Source of the DNA: an uncultured virus (IMG/VR IMGVR_UViG_3300014073_000001)
Lineage: Duplodnaviria; Heunggongvirae; Uroviricota; Caudoviricetes
Length of the DNA: 64,000 nt
Strand: one strand, 5' to 3'
IMG/VR virus record: IMGVR_UViG_3300014073_000001
The notes under the pieces are model-generated. The model was not told the origin of the DNA. It saw nothing but the letters and a program-made list of their open reading frames with translations, and did not search any database. Shown one piece after another: positions 43,101 to 51,761 of this stretch (within the stretch, counting starts at the first letter, position 1; each line of letters starts with the position of its first letter). Position numbers and translations under genes: made by a program.

Positions 43101-44749
43101 GTCATCTCATGTTCATAAATGCTATCAAGAGTATATGATACACCTCTTTGAAAACCGGACTGGTTGAATAGTTCTTTGTGAACTACTCCATTATTAGAGA
43201 TGCCGTACCCACCGAATGTGCGGATATCGCCTGTGAATACATCATCAACGAATGACATCATTCCACCGAGATTGCTGTCCATACCCATACTCTCATGAGC
43301 ATAGAAGAACATCTTTCTCCCACCCATTAAGGCCCGCGGTTCTGAAACTGCCTTGTGGAAAATATAGTCCGCGCCATCAGGATTGAATAAACCGGACTGT
43401 ACATACATAGATGCGTTTACAGCAATGTCTATCTTGCCGATATGAGCAGCATAGTTATTATAAACGGCTGGATCGCAGTAGCACGTCAATTCTTCTTCTT
43501 TCATGGCTTTTCGGACTGCTTCAGTATATATGTCTGACCAGCGATCGCTACGAGTAGCACGCAAACAAGCAAGGGTGTCCATGTGACGATTCTGCCAATT
43601 AAAGCCTAATCCCAAATCGTGCATTACACTTTTTGCGTTAGCGGACAACATATTCCCTTGGGTAAAGCGCTTCATCATTTCTAGATTGAAGGAACCACTA
43701 TTGTGGCCTAAAGCTGTTATATCTTCTGTTTGCCTAACATGCAGACCTTCAATAAACCGTTTTTCCCAAGCAAGCATTTGCTTACCTTGATACGTTACGA
43801 TGCTCTTCTTCTGCTGATTGTAGATATCGAGGTATCTGTCAGCACCACGGCGCATATCCCGAGTATTCATGGCTTTAATATCTGCATCGCTAGCATAAGA
43901 AGTAAATTTAAATAAGCCAGACTGTCCTGGCATTTCTTGATAATTGGTATTTAGATGACCAGTCTTTGCAAGCCGTTTCAGAATACCCATATCACGGTCT
44001 GACATTTCGGCTCCGCTTTCATACCGATTAATGACATTCGTGAACTCTTTATGCATCTTATAATCTTGGCCGATAACCGAGGAATAGAAATCGCCTATCG
44101 TTCCTGTTTTTGAATCGGCCATACCAAAGGAGAACGCGGTAACAGCATCGAGAACTTGTTGACCAGTATGATTAATGCCGCCCATGGTCTCAATGTCGTA
44201 AGCCAAGAACTTGCCTTTATCCCAAATGTTCTGATTCGCTGCCACAAGCTGGTTATATGGAATCGAAACGTCCTTTTGAGTATATTGATATAACATAGTA
44301 CCATTCAGATTAATGGTATGCTGAATAAGCGATGTGCCTGTCTGCTTTGCTACAAGGCCATTTCGCGCTACATTGCGGACATACTGATAGAAATCTACAG
44401 AGATCTTACCATATGTCTCAGCGATGCTCTCAGGGGCTACATATCTACTCGCTACTTCTTTCTCGGTAGCATTCAACAAACAGATGCTATTTTGCGTACT
44501 AGCTACGACATCACGCATGTCGTTAAAACGGGCCAATGCGATCGAATTCTGATGATCGTTAATTTTTTTCTTAAAATCGCCTACATTTTCTTTGATCCAG
44601 GCGTCTACATCCTTTTCCCCCAGATTTCGTTCTCTCATCAGAACTTGTCGCACATATTTCTTTACGAATTCGAAGTAGTTAGAAAAACAGGTATCTATAT
44701 CATTTTTTTGTATTGCTTTATTAAAATGAGTCCTTGTTTCGGCTGCCAT
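37112..44749 (-). CDS. Giant virion-associated protein (2545 aa) with degenerate DEDD exonuclease-like N-terminal domain and C-terminal hydrophobic helix
   Basis: ExoI-like LAYDIETMG, ExoII-like GHNSGSFN, DTL and AH...D motifs. C-terminal TM-like SLAFGALGLAGAVMVAGFVGG. Confidence 0.6.
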   Translation of the reverse strand: MAAETRTHFNKAIQKNDIDTCFSNYFEFVKKYVRQVLMRERNLGEKDVDAWIKENVGDFKKKINDHQNSIALARFNDMRDVVASTQNSICLLNATEKEVASRYVAPESIAETYGKISVDFYQYVRNVARNGLVAKQTGTSLIQHTINLNGTMLYQYTQKDVSIPYNQLVAANQNIWDKGKFLAYDIETMGGINHTGQQVLDAVTAFSFGMADSKTGTIGDFYSSVIGQDYKMHKEFTNVINRYESGAEMSDRDMGILKRLAKTGHLNTNYQEMPGQSGLFKFTSYASDADIKAMNTRDMRRGADRYLDIYNQQKKSIVTYQGKQMLAWEKRFIEGLHVRQTEDITALGHNSGSFNLEMMKRFTQGNMLSANAKSVMHDLGLGFNWQNRHMDTLACLRATRSDRWSDIYTEAVRKAMKEEELTCYCDPAVYNNYAAHIGKIDIAVNASMYVQSGLFNPDGADYIFHKAVSEPRALMGGRKMFFYAHESMGMDSNLGGMMSFVDDVFTGDIRTFGGYGISNNGVVHKELFNQSGFQRGVSYTLDSIYEHEMTDQWGNVIADTHPGMVAERIVTATFNPEAGDESFEALSSVTLVGTREDIECRINQQLILTRYKQDGCWHTTKDAIDYLSEIEIGPDGKETNVGFTVVNQLSESKFHLQNESTTRARRGFVMNKQKGLLEFLNDVEKYVKYNADENASVDVRTALRKEFHEAIRNQSLDVAHGVTKRELSLPGVNMLKTYQEYFGWRQREGSGEWRVYREIVDAALKSENYANSIRDIMSVVIDAAEKRGGTDRKLQDFYFKQYFTGLQGYMAKNTATGIESTNTETLRVRAIDRNKFEVNMDGYGHRPGIKVPSIYDDNSDIFSINLKTSNLTLADRLIQKRGFTGVTDESEKIKEIHHFMSHLNNKGIISSDRVVSAEELETHTSETLTQHLLDSLRTVRKNTNGQYGEAAGRILIGKRQNVTTVSNMAKLGFGKEAIQNILREIDKTLPNARFLNKNNIHSEAENIVKNLLFDNVEMNDLFKLGYTEDQAKDLMNMRNIRMNDTISFIKDFMAGIHKTGAELLYNEDVKEFNLIADGIQTRLGNLPRDLFQDGRFYTEIGNMKVSSPVGLYTSKWDKNLKFQSLIGKAHDDLYWMDTAFERGMKEGDLAGQINRIIGCLAKSLRESSSVMKGDMQDSRYDFAFSMYDVVPKLQDLYGQGVFKGIKFEQHKEMIVLLNGEKLDPERLTYRARSLITFNARNILQGIVRDSGDSSLKDMINKFSWDNKEITGLVGTLFNKSHLCDVYGAAKCGIHQHVSRDLRFNADDAKATITSKALKDVSSSRNLYMATEVVEARRKLSGMEYVMESAVRVSRLSMRTGDLRKLSNSADIKNQYVKEILTNIYLDDGAAVAALEMFDSIFHIRATTQKIALYKINEHNLNTIDDLKAKRNLAPQLLIGTDGKITFEYRNGVFVHQGEFLTNVGGYNDTVQETYAQEAGMFRFGILSKRSGLMVDEKSVIQTLTRHKDQIMSAADMEQEAYRILNNNYELAYYIKAFDANPLRKIAEGSSEKNMARFLVGSLGTSGDGPTTQILKTLNLGSFLHEVPDKEYIESLGVALRGAIGDSDFLNPGKTFQAISNNSEAELKHQDSPGVIKRVADNLLYNYSSDANKEQNILKDAIPGFEVKNSQLVAPNGNIYLDKRQAVINNPEHNLKITREVNGIEADLSQIELVAMDFYDHEATVAANATQGLKKVTKGVKFTDRNSQMMEWERYNEESLARVREAVVPEVPKIRFAHVLDDYDAIKKEHQKQAITKSIGDQSRCAMFVQPGDVLLMQDGEINQVIKDKLKGMGLVGKTMLGAMNKQGVGYVSQHTIEDRYSVMTEVLASNWNTGNSGYRLADMIGKAGFEVRRLSRIDTSFGGNDVIADAIYGKKLLIDLHMEQLGNNQYAKNDEHYLPLLSPSREFIDPQKQEEARISFQKNASQLEQPQADYSSSGIAAEKDKILNSMRNTVAGAKIAVSESLTVKQQGAAALGAVRLLDSGRFKASGIECFGNETSAYHRQLEFDGMNLVLEAARKGAEYDATFVGRSFMNTIYNDEYFSGFGLTQEEVFEHSKSKGTLSLNVHEPAGYKKSVSVSAVYLSDVITDNMALSTIAQFEYKKGIDAQLTEETEIFKDASALIHYNAPDNNKLYRAQPEDIERISENLDKYINTLDETDRENHFESLHYGISNWQGQIDDVAKGRKAAACETTRYLYQDRQLIDITSNYEHAAITQDERSAMQKASLGEMVGYHGAANVQRMYEFLTKQLNINEQTKLNNLLRDMDYQEAARIFSDFGERIQLSPDLKEYFTQGILTKGVEVDKKRIRTNEVVDSMSRELTIAYDAMSESRMDPQIVQKQLQPSLAGDSAATQAIVRRNASHKVLSDSEQLINTIRSKIGSIGLTGKSLAFGALGLAGAVMVAGFVGGHPSRPAETQAQDDAEGEYRIPVLSDSNLPNVRVGPKQGYVININAQTSQGQGHASSAIQQALSSGFNNTNINVAMNIHNFGEANTAQISKMLMSAFQ

Positions 44750-44827
44750 GTAATCACCGTCCTAATGCGTTCTCATTCAAATAATACCCATTAAAGTTCC
44801 CTATATTAAAGGAATTCTACCGAATAT

Positions 44828-44857
44828 AAAAATAAAGCCCCCGGATTATCCGGGCGC
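44828..44857 (-). terminator. Rho-independent terminator after 312-aa gene
   Basis: Minus strand reads GCCCGGATAATCCGGGGGC followed by TTTATTTT. Confidence 0.55.
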
Positions 44858-44862
44858 CTATC

Positions 44863-45801
44863 TTATAGCAATCTGAAGATATCGTGCACTGCATTCTCGA
44901 CCTTGTTTTCTACTAGCCTTGCTACGTTAGCTACAACCTGGACGCCGCTCGTAGGAGCCGGTTGCACGCTTACATCAACACCCCATAGGCCCAACCCCTT
45001 TAGAGTAGCCTGAAGACTTGCCTGTAGCGTGAGCGGATCTTGGCCTCCATGGAACTTAAGGTTAGGAGCATTGCTACCAGCAGGTTCACGAAGTTGCGAT
45101 TCATAGTACCCAAAATCACTTAACAACATACCTTCATTGTGAATTGCTTTAACCTGCACATCAGTATCCACGTCAGGGCTCCAGCCAGACCACGAAGATA
45201 CTTCAAGGGTTTCTTTTCGTTTCTCTGGATCTCGTTCTTGGCCGAGTTCAATAAAATATTCGCGCTCGTTCTTCGGCAGGGACCGGATGAGATCTGCACC
45301 GGAAACATCTTCTCTGAGACCGTAAACAGGAGAATTAGCTGCTTTCTTGTAGAGCAGCGCAGATTGCGTATAGCGGCCGTCACGCAGTACAACCTGTGAT
45401 TCTTGAGCCGCCTGCAACTCCTTATTAATTACTGCTTCCAGAGGATTGTGGGGTTCGCCTTCCGATAATCCAAACTTAGACATTTCAGACAGATATCCCC
45501 ACGGTTTATTGCTTTTTCTTGCTACATCGCTACCTATATTTTTCCAGGCTCTGCGTAAGCTCTTTGCTGCATTGCCGAGCTCATCCGAGTTCCAGTCCTG
45601 CAATAATCGAGCAGAAACCTCTGAATGGGCATGAATAAGAAGCCTACCGGATTTCTCCAAACCAGAGGATAAGAACTTTGCACCGCCCGATCTGTAAAAA
45701 AGGGCAGCACCAGCTGTTATGCTAAGGGCTGCCTCTCTAATGTCTAACAGATCGTCCGACAATGTTGGCTGACTTTCTTCCCTTAATTCATCATCGGCCA
45801 T
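44863..45801 (-). CDS. Virion protein at the tape-measure position, probably an internally deleted large protein (312 aa)
   Basis: Lies directly after the tail chaperones. C-terminal block LPKNEREYF...WSGWSPDVD..VQVKAIHNEGMLLSDFGYY. Confidence 0.45.
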   Translation of the reverse strand: MADDELREESQPTLSDDLLDIREAALSITAGAALFYRSGGAKFLSSGLEKSGRLLIHAHSEVSARLLQDWNSDELGNAAKSLRRAWKNIGSDVARKSNKPWGYLSEMSKFGLSEGEPHNPLEAVINKELQAAQESQVVLRDGRYTQSALLYKKAANSPVYGLREDVSGADLIRSLPKNEREYFIELGQERDPEKRKETLEVSSWSGWSPDVDTDVQVKAIHNEGMLLSDFGYYESQLREPAGSNAPNLKFHGGQDPLTLQASLQATLKGLGLWGVDVSVQPAPTSGVQVVANVARLVENKVENAVHDIFRLL

Positions 45802-45814
45802 CTATGTCATTCCT

Positions 45815-46618
45815 TTAGAACCCCGGCCTTAGTGCCGGCGGTGTAGTGTCGATTGATTCTTGTTCCAGTCCTTCAATACCACTAAAGCCTGCATCAGATG
45901 CCCAGTTAATATCAGGGAACTTGGTTTTTAATTCTCTCAATTTATCTGGGGTGAGCTTCTCTCCTTTACTCCCTCCCCGAATCGTTTTATCTTTTGATTT
46001 TTCTTGTACGGCTTGGACCTCTTCGGTACGGACGCGGTTATCATTGTATCCCTTTCCTTGCTGCTGGTTGACATCATTACCGTAGAAATCCCCCTGTGGT
46101 TCGACAAAGCTCATTCCGCGAAGGTTGTGCAGCTTCCATTCTGCACGACTTAAATATTTTGTTGTTTTATCAATATCCCAAGATTCGATTTCTTCAATAT
46201 CGAACTGAGGAAACGCTTCGTTGATGATGCAGCTAATTTGGTTGTCCAGATCAAACATCTCACTGCGATAAAACTGAAGACATTTTGTACGAGACATGTC
46301 TTCGTCCAAATAAGAATTCCTGAGAATCTCCTTCCTTAGTACGGTTGGCAGACCAGCATCGCTTTCGCCATAATCAAAGTCTTCTGGCCAAAGTACACAT
46401 ACCTGGCAAATCAATTCTTCCTTCATTAAATCGTCAAATCGTTCATCAGTTAGGATTTTGCGATACTCACTGCGGCCTAATGAACGATAAATGAAGACTT
46501 GATTGTCAGCCTGATATATGAAGACGTTACGGTGTTGATTCTTAAAGTTAAGAAACAACTCTGTAATATCTATTTGTTGATGTGCGGGCGTGGCCGCAAC
46601 ATGATTTTGTATTCTCAT
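45815..46618 (-). CDS. Tail assembly chaperone-like protein 2
   Basis: ATG 46618 has its own RBS. N-terminus (FIYRSLGRSEY...CVLWPE...AGLPTVL..EIL..S) is paralogous to the upstream chaperone. Confidence 0.6.
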   Translation of the reverse strand: MRIQNHVAATPAHQQIDITELFLNFKNQHRNVFIYQADNQVFIYRSLGRSEYRKILTDERFDDLMKEELICQVCVLWPEDFDYGESDAGLPTVLRKEILRNSYLDEDMSRTKCLQFYRSEMFDLDNQISCIINEAFPQFDIEEIESWDIDKTTKYLSRAEWKLHNLRGMSFVEPQGDFYGNDVNQQQGKGYNDNRVRTEEVQAVQEKSKDKTIRGGSKGEKLTPDKLRELKTKFPDINWASDAGFSGIEGLEQESIDTTPPALRPGF

Positions 46619-46631
46619 CCGAGACACCGCC

Positions 46632-46961
46632 TTACAGTTCTTGCGTGTCAGTTATATCGAAACCAGACTTAAGAATAACTTCATCCGCAACGCAGGTCGC
46701 TAAGCCGGCATTATCGGCAATTAGATCTTTGATATTTTCAGGATACAAAGCAACAGCAGCTACGATCAGGTCTTGCCTTGCATAAACCTTGTCACCAGCT
46801 ATGCCATCAGTAGCTTCCTGAGACATGATGTGAACATACTCTCTGCGCTTTAACTTGCGCCAGATCACGACATCATCCCCTATGGTAGTTTTGAAGATCC
46901 GGCCGTACTGAGCTTTCCACTCCTCAATTTGTTCTTGGTTAAGAGCTTCTTTGGTATTCAT
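46632..46961 (-). CDS. Tail assembly chaperone
   Basis: ATG 46961 follows GGGAGG. EQIEEWKAQYG..VIWRKLKRREY..ALYP..AGL...ADEVILKSGF is a classic myophage tail-chaperone pattern. Confidence 0.7.
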   Translation of the reverse strand: MNTKEALNQEQIEEWKAQYGRIFKTTIGDDVVIWRKLKRREYVHIMSQEATDGIAGDKVYARQDLIVAAVALYPENIKDLIADNAGLATCVADEVILKSGFDITDTQEL

Positions 46962-46996
46962 AGATGATAACCTCCCATAATGTATTTCACTCTGTT

Positions 46997-47002
46997 TATT
47001 AC
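46997..47002 (-). promoter_or_regulatory. GTAATA putative late-promoter element
   Basis: About 36 nt upstream of ATG 46961. Confidence 0.45.
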
Positions 47003-47027
47003 TGGTTCGAAAGTGCATATTACACTT

Positions 47028-47657
47028 TTACTCGACGGTTTTTATGTCTTTCGCAATAAAGGAATATATTTCAGCTACGGGTGCACCAGCTGTATTTAAA
47101 CTCATATTGCAGCCCTTAATCTGTACGCCCTCCAATACGATGTGCACCGGCGTACCGATGGAGGTTTTGTCACCGAAGATCACATCAATATCAAAGGTTT
47201 GCGGCCAAATCGGTCCGTCGTTAGGTATTGCTTTTCCGCCAGTGCCGGTATTAATCATCTCTTTGACCGTCGCTTCCTCTTTGGTCTTAGTGGTCATGTA
47301 CTGCCCCATTTCTGTAATTGAATCTTGTCGGGCAGTTTCGAGCAGCCTAAATAGGTAGTTTGGCGACGTAAAGTTGATAACAAAATTGCCTTGGATGAAT
47401 CGCGCCCCTAATGCCACCTCGTCGTAAACATAGGAGTTAAATCCGAATAGCGGCATCTGGCCTTGGTTAATTTGCCAGTCGATTGCTAACACTTCTTCTA
47501 CAAATTCATTACCAAAGTAAACTTCAGCATCGAGAGAGCTGTAATATCGCTTAAAGAATGCCGAGTCATAGGAGTAGCCATCTTTGGTCTTATGCTTTGA
47601 ATAGCCTTTGATCAGATTCGTATATATCGGTTTATTGTCAACTTCCGTGCGCGCCAT
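47028..47657 (-). CDS. Tail tube-like protein (tube initiator paralog)
   Basis: YYSSLDAEVYFG...PLFGFNSY..DEVALGARFIQGNFVINF...FDIDVIFG...YSFIAKD has the same layout as the tube protein. Confidence 0.65.
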   Translation of the reverse strand: MARTEVDNKPIYTNLIKGYSKHKTKDGYSYDSAFFKRYYSSLDAEVYFGNEFVEEVLAIDWQINQGQMPLFGFNSYVYDEVALGARFIQGNFVINFTSPNYLFRLLETARQDSITEMGQYMTTKTKEEATVKEMINTGTGGKAIPNDGPIWPQTFDIDVIFGDKTSIGTPVHIVLEGVQIKGCNMSLNTAGAPVAEIYSFIAKDIKTVE

Positions 47658-49400
47658 CTATATCACCTCAATTTGGATATTCCAGTTAGCAATATTGAAA
47701 TTGTACTTGGTGGTGTTGACGAATACATACCCAGATCGGCGATACGTTTGTTTATCGATTGCTTGAAATATGAAATAATCAGCCCCACGCGTTTGCACCT
47801 CAATAGCACCTAACTCGGAATCATAATGATCGGTAATTATTTCATTACTGTTGATGCTGATTCTATTTACCACCAAAACGTACTTGTTATCTTTGGGCGG
47901 GAAGACAAATTTATCAAGCGCTCTGTCATATTTGATGCCGTTAGGGAAAAACAGTTGTGAGAATAATGCATTACCGATCTTATCTTCCATGATCGTGTTT
48001 ACGGCGCCATTAAAATAGTGCAAGTGTTTGTTAGCATTCAGCTTGCTAATTAGGTATCGCTGAATATTGACTGAATTGACATCAGCGTCACTTTTAGCCA
48101 CTTCAAGTAATTCCTTGATAACCTCCGTAGCAGTTTCGATTCGATAGTCGACCAACGGTATTAATCGTTTGGAATAATCGTAGAGCTCCAGCTGCCTAAC
48201 GCTTTCTTTGTAGTCATCATAGTTAGCATCAGTCAGCGCAACAAGTTCGATCTTACTTACCAAGTTCTTATTATCATCCTGGATGTAGAAGTAATACTCT
48301 TCGGTGTCTGACAACAAATGCTTCGCTTTACTAAAGCTTACCGTCGGACCGGTAATTAGCTCCTTGCGATCAAAGCCATTAGCAAACAACTGGTCTGGCT
48401 CTTTCGCAACAACATAGAAGTTGCCTATCGAGGTAAGTAGGGAGTAATCCGCAATTCCTACGTCGACACTGTTTTTGTTGACCATCACTGTAGGGCGCTC
48501 GACAAGCGAGTCGAACGGGTTCTTGGATCTTTCCAGTAAAATTCTTTGCTGTTCTTCCTCACTAAAGAAGGAGAATGAAGCCGGCAAATTGATAAGCTGC
48601 TCTTTCGCTTCGGATACTTTATCTGCCGTTTCACATTGCGATTCCCAAAGCCATTGTTTAGTTGCCGCATTACCGCTAAAGTGGTAATATACGCCGACTA
48701 GGTCATTGCCTGCGTATGCTTCAATCATGTATTCTCCATTATCGACCAGCTGTGGTATATGTTTCGATTGGTATTCGTTAGCAATCGATAAGTAATAAAT
48801 CTTCTTACCGCCAACGATTCTGTACATAATCAGCCGAGTAACCATTGGGCTTACCTCGATTGAGAATTGAGAAGTATTGTTAATGCAAACCTGAGCTTCA
48901 TTCTCTTTATTCATGTGGAGGCTCCGATTATTATCACAGTATTGTGCACTTGCGATTAATTGGAAGAACGCTTTCTGCTTATTAACGCTTTCCTTCTGAG
49001 ATCCTCTATAAAGCGCGATAAGGTGGCTTATGAGTGTTACCTTGGGTTTGGCCTTTAAATGCTCTCTAAGGAGCTGTAGAGCGCTCATATGATACTGATT
49101 GATGTTATCTACATATTGTTCAATCCGTTTAACCGACTCTTCGACTGTCTCTTTTAGAATAGTGACATACAATCTAACAGAATATGATTCTTCATCCCGG
49201 GTACAAAATACATATTCTCCTTCTTCAAGACCGTTAATCGTCATAAAGGGAGATTTCATGTCGGCTTCCTTTTTATTAGCCGGGTCTTCGACTTTATACC
49301 ATACTAAATGAGTATGACCTTTCTTGAGTGAATTGCAGTAAAGGTCAAGCTTATCTTCATATTGTCTGATGGGACAAATGGCTCGCCATAATTTATCCAT
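47658..49400 (-). CDS. Hypothetical phage protein (580 aa)
   Basis: Long ORF inside the tail operon with no recognised motif. Confidence 0.6.
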   Translation of the reverse strand: MDKLWRAICPIRQYEDKLDLYCNSLKKGHTHLVWYKVEDPANKKEADMKSPFMTINGLEEGEYVFCTRDEESYSVRLYVTILKETVEESVKRIEQYVDNINQYHMSALQLLREHLKAKPKVTLISHLIALYRGSQKESVNKQKAFFQLIASAQYCDNNRSLHMNKENEAQVCINNTSQFSIEVSPMVTRLIMYRIVGGKKIYYLSIANEYQSKHIPQLVDNGEYMIEAYAGNDLVGVYYHFSGNAATKQWLWESQCETADKVSEAKEQLINLPASFSFFSEEEQQRILLERSKNPFDSLVERPTVMVNKNSVDVGIADYSLLTSIGNFYVVAKEPDQLFANGFDRKELITGPTVSFSKAKHLLSDTEEYYFYIQDDNKNLVSKIELVALTDANYDDYKESVRQLELYDYSKRLIPLVDYRIETATEVIKELLEVAKSDADVNSVNIQRYLISKLNANKHLHYFNGAVNTIMEDKIGNALFSQLFFPNGIKYDRALDKFVFPPKDNKYVLVVNRISINSNEIITDHYDSELGAIEVQTRGADYFIFQAIDKQTYRRSGYVFVNTTKYNFNIANWNIQIEVI

Positions 49401-49403
49401 GCA

Positions 49404-50975
49404 TTATCTCCCCCTTTGCTCATCAAAATATTGTTTAGCGGTCGCAATCTTCTGATTGACCGTTCCGTTGTAAGCCGCTCTCACCCTGGCTTCTTCCGAT
49501 GCAGACTTGTATTCACCATTTGCTGCTTTCTCATCAATGTTACTCATAGCAATTTTCCGCTCACCCTCAAGCCTTTTTAAGACTTCCACCTCCGTCATGT
49601 CGCCATACGGATTTGTCGGCTGCGGCTCTGACGTCGGATCCGGCTTAGGCGGATCTTGCGGAGTCGGATCGGGCTGTGGCGTGGGCTCCGGTTGTGGCAC
49701 AGTTTCATCAAAGGAAGCTACAGGAGTATTCGGCTTCGATGGCAATGGTGTAGAGGTCATTGAAGGAAGCGGTGGTACACGAATCGCTTTCGGCTTCGCA
49801 TAACCAGTAGCAGCTGTTAAGTAATCTAGATCTGTCGCTACAAACTGATAGGTGTTTTCAGTGTAAACATCGTTAACAGCCATGACTTGGCCCTCGTTTA
49901 CAATACGCACACCGTATAATGCTAGTCGTGCAGCGGTACCATACTCATTAGCAGCGGTAATGGTAATTTGAAACGGCGGCAGCTCGTCCATTAGGAAGTG
50001 AGCTGAACCTAAATCCCCAGCTTTGCGGTATTCATCCATAATCTCATAAGCCCAGTGTTTATTAAATACAGCAAATATCAGTGTGCCGGCAATTGTGCGA
50101 GGCCCAAAAACATAATCTTTAGCATTCATATTGCCTAACGCTCTTACTGGCTGCTTATCCTGGTGGACGGAATATGTAAGCGTTTGCAAACTTCCGACAA
50201 CTTTAACAGCTTTGGTACCATCCGGCAGCGAGATATCGATCGAGCAAACCATGTCTGTGCCAGAGAAGCTCGTATTTGTTTTCGTATAAGAAGATATACC
50301 ATTCACGTTCTTGACTGGCTTTGGTACATCGTCAAGTGGCTGATAAGGATTGGACGGAGTCCATGGAAAATCATTCGTTACTTTCCGTGGCACCATCTGC
50401 ATAGAGTAATCATAGATCTTGCCGACAAGTTGATTCTCGATCCACGGAAGAGAGTAGTTTTGTATATAAATCTTTGCCTGCTCGTCGAGATTTGACATGT
50501 TAACAATCTCATTTTGCATTTCGGTCTGCAGATATATATTAACTTGCTCTTTGCTAGGAGTTTTGCCGGTCCTAATTGACTCGTTCATCAACTCCGTCAT
50601 TTTCTTAGATACCTTGTCCCGAACTTCGGTATACTTAGTTTGAACGTTCTTATACCAGTCATCAGTAACCGAATCCGGTAATTTGCCATCAACCTCACGC
50701 GGTAGCCTTGCTATCGATACACGGTAAGTGGGTATAATCGAGGTCTTGTTGAAGTTGTTAACGCCGGTTTGAATTATATTTTTCTCGGTGTCGTTTAAAG
50801 AATAACCGCACGTATCTATGAGTTGTCCCGTATATTGGCCCAAGATCTGATTAAGTTGAGCTTCCGTGGGAGTACTCCCGCTTCGTTCTGAATCACGGAT
50901 AATGTCTCTGGCATACTGAGCAACTTTCGTTCGTATATCTCTTAAAAGTTCTTTCGATTTTTCACTAATATCCAT
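49404..50975 (-). CDS. Tail tube paralog with duplicated N-terminal helical module and Pro-rich linker
   Basis: Core YTKTNTSFSGTDMVC...SLQTLTYSVH..K.PV...GPRTIAGTLIFAVF...DELPPF.ITI.AANEYG aligns with the 210-aa tube protein. Confidence 0.7.
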   Translation of the reverse strand: MDISEKSKELLRDIRTKVAQYARDIIRDSERSGSTPTEAQLNQILGQYTGQLIDTCGYSLNDTEKNIIQTGVNNFNKTSIIPTYRVSIARLPREVDGKLPDSVTDDWYKNVQTKYTEVRDKVSKKMTELMNESIRTGKTPSKEQVNIYLQTEMQNEIVNMSNLDEQAKIYIQNYSLPWIENQLVGKIYDYSMQMVPRKVTNDFPWTPSNPYQPLDDVPKPVKNVNGISSYTKTNTSFSGTDMVCSIDISLPDGTKAVKVVGSLQTLTYSVHQDKQPVRALGNMNAKDYVFGPRTIAGTLIFAVFNKHWAYEIMDEYRKAGDLGSAHFLMDELPPFQITITAANEYGTAARLALYGVRIVNEGQVMAVNDVYTENTYQFVATDLDYLTAATGYAKPKAIRVPPLPSMTSTPLPSKPNTPVASFDETVPQPEPTPQPDPTPQDPPKPDPTSEPQPTNPYGDMTEVEVLKRLEGERKIAMSNIDEKAANGEYKSASEEARVRAAYNGTVNQKIATAKQYFDEQRGR

Positions 50976-51002
50976 GTATAACCACCCCTTTTGTCAGCTA
51001 AT

Positions 51003-51044
51003 AAAAAAGAAGGAATCAGCAAAATGCCTCATCCTTCTTATTAC
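51003..51044 (-). terminator. Hairpin/U-tract after tail tube gene, overlapping a GTAATA element (51039-51044)
   Basis: Minus strand reads AAGAAGGATGAGGC...GCTGATTCCTTCTTTTTT. Confidence 0.45.
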
Positions 51045-51072
51045 TACGACTTATTGCGTTAATCACTGATTT

Positions 51073-51705
51073 TTAAGCTTCATCAGCAACCTTTTTCATG
51101 TACTCGATGCGGCGAGCTACGAAAGTACAAGCTCTCTCAGAGGTTACGGAGTCAATGGAGAATCCAGATCCTTCGTTCAGAATCTCAACGCCGTAAATGA
51201 CTAATACAGCTTTTTGGCCATATTCGTTGGCGAAGGATATAGTTACGTCAAATGGAGGAATCTCATCTGCGTACTTAGGATCAGCAGTAGGAGCTACTTT
51301 GTTGGTGATACTGGAAGCGTCTCCACCGATATTGCCAGAAGTCTCACTCTGAGTGGACTCAGTCATTTTTTTGTCCCAGTCATCCATGCTGATTGCCTGA
51401 GTAGTCAACTCTCCGCCCATACGGTGAAAGGAAGCAGATTGAGCAATATGTTCTTTCAGGCCTTCGATAAGGGCATCTCTGTCGAATACTGTAAAGACGA
51501 GAGTACCGGCGATACCGCGTTTGCCACGGCTAAAGCTGCGGGGTTCTGCACTGCCCATAGTGTACACAGGTGCCTTCTCACGCGATACGGAGTAGGTAAT
51601 TGCCTGCAACTCGCCAATGACAGTGTTGCCGAATGTGCACACAATATCACAACCCGAGAAGGTTGTGTAGGTTTTGGTATATTCAGAAGCTATAGTTCCT
51701 GCCAT
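51073..51705 (-). CDS. Major tail tube protein
   Basis: Directly downstream of the sheath gene. YTTFSGCDIV..FG...IGELQAITYSVSREKAPVYTMGS..PRSFSRGKRGIAGTLVF...DEIPPFDVTISFANEYG. Confidence 0.8.
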   Translation of the reverse strand: MAGTIASEYTKTYTTFSGCDIVCTFGNTVIGELQAITYSVSREKAPVYTMGSAEPRSFSRGKRGIAGTLVFTVFDRDALIEGLKEHIAQSASFHRMGGELTTQAISMDDWDKKMTESTQSETSGNIGGDASSITNKVAPTADPKYADEIPPFDVTISFANEYGQKAVLVIYGVEILNEGSGFSIDSVTSERACTFVARRIEYMKKVADEA

Positions 51706-51761
51706 AGTCTTGTCAACTCCTTGTCGAATTTATTTAGAGGGAGGGACTTATACCCCGCCTC

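Noticed and set aside
45815..46961. Programmed G/GT-type frameshift between the tail chaperone genes
   Set aside because: The second gene has its own RBS and ATG and an N-terminus paralogous to the first. No clear slippery heptamer is needed.
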